Both the position numbers and the translations under genes were made by a program. Of a stretch of 38,571 nt of DNA, positions 34,521 to 38,571 are shown piece by piece (position 1 is the first letter of the stretch; every line of letters begins with the position of its first letter). The stretch is from positions 1-38,571 of IMG/VR virus record IMGVR_UViG_3300030372_004948; one strand, given 5' to 3'. The DNA comes from a virus (lineage: Duplodnaviria > Caudoviricetes). A model generated the notes under the pieces. It did no database searches and was not told the DNA's origin. It was given only the letters and a program-made list of their open reading frames with translations.

Positions 34521-36434
34521 ATGGCGCGCATCCTTCCTGACATCTCAGCAGCCACCGGCCCGCTGACCCCTACTCGCCAGCGCTTCTTCAACAAGGTGCA
34601 GAGCGACGAGGACAAGGCGCTCAAGATCATGCAAGCCATCAGCGGCGGTGTGCGCACGGCCTCTGACTTGTACGATCTGGGCTCTAACATCTATCAGACG
34701 TACATCAAGGAGACGCCAGAGGAGGCGCTGCGTCGTCGTCAGGAAGAACTCGGAGATGCAGAGGCGCGTCAGAATATTGCCAGGGGCGTGTTGGGCGGCG
34801 GCATGGGTGCTGAGAGGCCAGACCTGCGTCCGTTTAACGAGGCGCAGGAAGAGTTCGCGCAGGACTTCGCAGCCACCGACCAAGAGACATTTATCCCTGG
34901 CAGAACAAAGCCTGCGCCCTTTGCGCAAACTCCACAAGGGGCTCTCGACTACCTTGGTCCTCCAGCGGAGGCCGCTGCTCCTGCGCCCGCGACTACAATG
35001 CTTGACGAGTCTGAAGTTATTGGAGACCTGGGCAAGCTCGGCAGGCTGTTGCCACAGTACGCAGCACAGCGCGGCATGAACGTTGATGAAGTGCGAAAGA
35101 TGGTTGCCACGGGTGACTGGCAGGGCTTGGGGCCCGGCAGCACAGAGACGTTTGGGCGGTATCTTGACCGCATGCAGGAGTCGGGTCGGTTTGGGGGTGG
35201 CCCTCCCGCGCCGCAACCGCAGGCCCCGGCGGCTGCCGACCCTGTAATCACCAGGTATGAGCAAGCGCTCCAGAGGGTCGCCCAGGCTGGAAGGCCAGAG
35301 CTTGTGGAGTATCTCGCCAAGAAGTCTGGCCAAGTAGCTGCAGAGAGAGGCAGGCCAGACTTGGTGCCCCAGATGGACGCAGTCACCGCAAAGTACAGAG
35401 AGAACTTGACGCCTCGAGCTCAAGCCACCTTGGATTACATTCAAAGGCCCAAGCAGCAGCAGTTCTTGCGGGAGCCCAGGACCGCTCAAGAGTTTGCCAT
35501 GGGGCGAGAGAGCGGCAGGGAGTTCTCTATTCGAGAGCTGAACATGGCCTACAACTCCTTGTGGCGGCAAGGTAAGCAGCAGGAAGCGGAAGACTTGGTT
35601 CGACTGGCTGGCGCTGCAAAGGACATCGGACAGTTTGTGCAAAGCGGTACAGACTCACCCGTCCTGGTCAGGGCGCGAGCTGAAGAAGCTGTGGCTAAGA
35701 TGGCCAAGGGAGGTGCCGACAGGCTTTCCTCCGCTCAGGCTATTAGCCTTGCGAGGCTCAAGGGTAGCCGCAGAGGGAGTAGTAAAAGTCGCGGTGGCCG
35801 AACAGGTGCAACCAAACCAAAAGGGTCGCCCAAAGATCCAACCGCTGAGGAGCGACAAAGCAAAGAGTTTCTAATCGTTGCTGCTGAGAGAGGAATCCAG
35901 CAAGCTCGCAACCTGTATTACAACTCAAAAACCAAAAAGGTCACAGACGTAACACAGCAGAAGATAATCAACGCGGCGCGCACCATCTTGAAGGAAGTTA
36001 AAAAGGAGAGGTTTAAAACCTCACCAGCTTACGAGTTGGTTAGGCAGCAGTTTGGCCAAGACTTTTACGAGACCGCTGCTACCGAGAAGGTAGTGTTGGA
36101 GGAGGCGTCCGCTGCGGAACAGGCATTAAGCGAAGCAATAGGGCTCGCCATCGAAGACTTTGGCGACAAGATGAAGGCAGCCGACAGCCGGATAGCCGAG
36201 ATGGAGAAGCGGCGCGACAAGCTACCCAAGAGTTCAGACCCGCAACCTGGTGACTACACGCTTCCTGAGACCGCCAAGAGCCTGAACGAGTTCAAGACGC
36301 TGGCCCCGGATGATGTCAAGAGCCAAACAGCCGAGATCAGGAAGCGAAAGGCGGCGCAGGTCAAAGAAAGGAAGTCGCTAGACGAAAATATCACAAGGGC
36401 AAAGAACGCACTGCGAACCCTTAAGGGCAAATAA
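34521..36434 (+). CDS. Probable ejection/internal virion protein (637 aa)
   Basis: Helical, charged, low complexity; position. Confidence 0.6.
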   Translation: MARILPDISAATGPLTPTRQRFFNKVQSDEDKALKIMQAISGGVRTASDLYDLGSNIYQTYIKETPEEALRRRQEELGDAEARQNIARGVLGGGMGAERPDLRPFNEAQEEFAQDFAATDQETFIPGRTKPAPFAQTPQGALDYLGPPAEAAAPAPATTMLDESEVIGDLGKLGRLLPQYAAQRGMNVDEVRKMVATGDWQGLGPGSTETFGRYLDRMQESGRFGGGPPAPQPQAPAAADPVITRYEQALQRVAQAGRPELVEYLAKKSGQVAAERGRPDLVPQMDAVTAKYRENLTPRAQATLDYIQRPKQQQFLREPRTAQEFAMGRESGREFSIRELNMAYNSLWRQGKQQEAEDLVRLAGAAKDIGQFVQSGTDSPVLVRARAEEAVAKMAKGGADRLSSAQAISLARLKGSRRGSSKSRGGRTGATKPKGSPKDPTAEERQSKEFLIVAAERGIQQARNLYYNSKTKKVTDVTQQKIINAARTILKEVKKERFKTSPAYELVRQQFGQDFYETAATEKVVLEEASAAEQALSEAIGLAIEDFGDKMKAADSRIAEMEKRRDKLPKSSDPQPGDYTLPETAKSLNEFKTLAPDDVKSQTAEIRKRKAAQVKERKSLDENITRAKNALRTLKGK

Positions 36435-36436
36435 AC

Positions 36437-38571
36437 GTGGCAACCGTGCGCCAGCTTGCTCAAAGGCTTGCGTCCCAGGGCGTAACGAGAGAGCGCTTTG
36501 TTGAACTCATGTCGAGCTTTGGCATTGACCCGCTTGACCCAGCAAGCCAGGACATCGAGGTCTCCGAGCAGTTTGCCTCTGCGCCCATGATCCCAAACGA
36601 AGGCCCTCAACGTGGAGCTCCGCTGACGTTTGACCAGCCAGCCGCGTTTGACTTCCAGCAGCAGGCACCCGTTGCACCTCAGCCTGTACCAATGCAGCAA
36701 CGCCCGCTGCCATACGCGACAGACGTGCAGCGGCCTTTTGAGGCACCGCCAGGGCAGGCCGCCCTTCGCAACCAACGGGTAGAGCCGCAACCATCCGACG
36801 TCTCCGATTACCTGACCACATACGGCAAGCCAGAAACAGGCTCGCCCGCGTACTACGGGACGGGCTCGCTTGAAGACGTTGCGAAGTACGGCTTCGAGCC
36901 ACTACCAAGAACGCGCGCTTTTGCTGAGGCCGAGAGCAGGCCTGATACACCGCTTGTTTCGGCCGTAAAAGGCGTACTAGCGCCAGAAGAAGACCCAGGC
37001 TTTGAGCGTGCTCGAGAACTTCAGAGCGGCTTGAACCCGTACCAGAAGGCAGCTTTTGGAGACATACCAAAGGTTGCCGCAGCTCGCGGCCAGGCTCTTC
37101 TCACAAGGGTGGGTGCCCTGCCTGGTGTTGCCGCCGGGGCTGCAACAAGCTACGCCCTTGAAGGCATTAAGGCAGCCAGCCCAGACGAGTGGCAGTCGAA
37201 CGAAGACATGTCTATTGCGGGCATAACGATGTCGCCTGAAGAGCGTCGCGGCTGGGATAGGCGCTTTGCTGAAGAGGACATGGCATCGGTTGACCTGTTG
37301 GACGAGATTATCTCCGACAGTGTCATGCGAAGCGAGACCAGCACGTTTGCTCAGAACGCAGTCAGAAGCGCTCTTGAGTTTACAGAGGCAACGTTTGAGC
37401 TCCTGTCGTGGCTGTCGGGCGGAAACATCCCTAAGGCCTTTTGGGAGAACTCTACCGAGGCTGACCGCAAGAAGGTCATCGCCGACATCGTCGGGCCCGA
37501 CCTCTTCCCGGACATCAGCGCACCACTTAAAGAGTCTGAGGCCATGGCTCAACGGCAGCAGGACGTCTTGACTGAGGAGGCTGTCGATCGCTGGCCGCAG
37601 CTTGGCCGCGAGCTTGTCGCATTCATGTCTGCGTTATTCAACAAGCCTTATGAGGTCTCGCACGCACACCCCGTTCCTGTCGCTGCCATGGTCTACCCCA
37701 TAGCGCGCAGGGCCGGTATTAAACTGGGCCCTAAAGCGGCCGAGGTCGGGCGTCGTGTCCAGTCTGCGTTAGACAAGTTTTCTGACAAGCCGGTAGCGCC
37801 GAGGGGACCGCTTGAGGGACCTGTGCGTCCTTTCATGGAGACGGGCGTCAGGAAGACGGCGGGCGCGGTTGCTGGTTTTAACGAGCTTGTCGGCGACGTG
37901 TGGAGCGCTTTCCAGAGGTGGAAGGTCGACCCGACGTCAGTTGCAGACCCGTCTATGCGGCCCGTGACTGAGCAGATTATACGCGGCGCGTCTGATGTTG
38001 AGGCTGGTGTGGCGACGCTGGGCCCCATGTTGCAGCGCGCGGCAAGGGTTCCCGGTGACGAACTGCCTGCGAGGCCGCGCCCAGCACCAGAGCCTGTGCC
38101 GGAGGGGCCGCCCCCCGCGCCTGAGAGTTTTGTCTTCCGCGATGTGCCTGGCGATGAACTGCCAGAGGTCGCGTCTATCCGACAAGCGATGGAGGCACGC
38201 CGAGCAGGCGCTCGGCCAGAGGGCACTGTGGTTCCGCAAGAGCCGCTTGGGCTCCCGGCTCCTGAGCAAGTGGCTCCTCGCCTTGGTAGATACTCCTTGA
38301 GCCCAGAGGCCGAGGCGCTGGGGCTTCGACTGCTTGATATGGACAGCCCGTTTCTTAGGCGGATGGCCGAGCAGGCCTACGCTTTTGAGGGCCGCATCCC
38401 AACGCAGCTAGAGAGGGCCGCGCTGGCGGAGGCTCTTGCCTATTTGATTGACAGCACAAGAACCTTCCCGACCGCGCAAGGCAGGCGCGCTGCATTGATG
38501 CGGATGATGGACGAGGCTGGTGGAGACCCGTTTGTCGCTGCGGAGCGCGCCTTTAGGGCTGCGGAAACGCC
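36437..38571 (+). CDS. N-terminal part of the ~1973-aa protein (MATVRQLAQRL...); missed by the ORF track because it runs off the end
   Basis: Manual translation from GTG 36437 shows no stop and reads ...QGRRAALMRMMDEAGG into ORF 23..3886. Confidence 0.85.
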   Translation, partial: MATVRQLAQRLASQGVTRERFVELMSSFGIDPLDPASQDIEVSEQFASAPMIPNEGPQRGAPLTFDQPAAFDFQQQAPVAPQPVPMQQRPLPYATDVQRPFEAPPGQAALRNQRVEPQPSDVSDYLTTYGKPETGSPAYYGTGSLEDVAKYGFEPLPRTRAFAEAESRPDTPLVSAVKGVLAPEEDPGFERARELQSGLNPYQKAAFGDIPKVAAARGQALLTRVGALPGVAAGAATSYALEGIKAASPDEWQSNEDMSIAGITMSPEERRGWDRRFAEEDMASVDLLDEIISDSVMRSETSTFAQNAVRSALEFTEATFELLSWLSGGNIPKAFWENSTEADRKKVIADIVGPDLFPDISAPLKESEAMAQRQQDVLTEEAVDRWPQLGRELVAFMSALFNKPYEVSHAHPVPVAAMVYPIARRAGIKLGPKAAEVGRRVQSALDKFSDKPVAPRGPLEGPVRPFMETGVRKTAGAVAGFNELVGDVWSAFQRWKVDPTSVADPSMRPVTEQIIRGASDVEAGVATLGPMLQRAARVPGDELPARPRPAPEPVPEGPPPAPESFVFRDVPGDELPEVASIRQAMEARRAGARPEGTVVPQEPLGLPAPEQVAPRLGRYSLSPEAEALGLRLLDMDSPFLRRMAEQAYAFEGRIPTQLERAALAEALAYLIDSTRTFPTAQGRRAALMRMMDEAGGDPFVAAERAFRAAET
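38473..38571. repeat. Terminal direct repeat copy 2
   Basis: Identical to bases 1-99. Confidence 0.95.

Noticed and set aside
34545-35642. 365-aa antisense ORF
   Set aside because: In-register shadow of the 637-aa virion gene
38473-38571. 99-bp repeat as a biological terminal repeat
   Set aside because: It lies mid-gene and equals a common assembler k-mer length, so it is best read as a circularisation overlap
1-38571. Alternative genetic code, tRNAs, DGR or retron
   Set aside because: Core genes are intact in the standard code; no cloverleaf, reverse transcriptase motif or TR/VR pair was noticed by eye

Overview
The window is an apparently complete, circularly permuted genome of a tailed, podovirus-like phage (38,472 bp unique; bases 1-99 repeat at 38473-38571). 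A leftward early block (12.4 to 5.2 kb) encodes GP88-like, C5 methyltransferase, Gp157, ERF, SSB and SLT proteins. A largely non-coding control region follows at 12.4-13.8 kb. A rightward block encodes adenine MTase, DnaC-like ATPase, XRE regulator, beta-helix protein, resolvase, TerS/TerL, scaffold, major capsid, portal, tail and ejection proteins, a ~1973-aa protein spanning the contig junction, and a lysis cassette. I recognised no integrase, polymerase, tRNA or CRISPR. The most striking signals are RNA-level: (1) a canonical type II hammerhead ribozyme upstream of gp157; (2) a two-hairpin element after ssb that is antisense to AGACCA(CUAG) and GAGGAUAGA motifs in the translation-initiation regions of most early genes, a candidate 3'-UTR-derived multi-target sRNA; (3) two long RNase III-like hairpins between early genes. 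Also notable are an M.EcoHK31I-like C5 MTase nested in two frames and an ambisense cassette built around a palindromic double Shine-Dalgarno. All calls come from reading the sequence; no searches were run.
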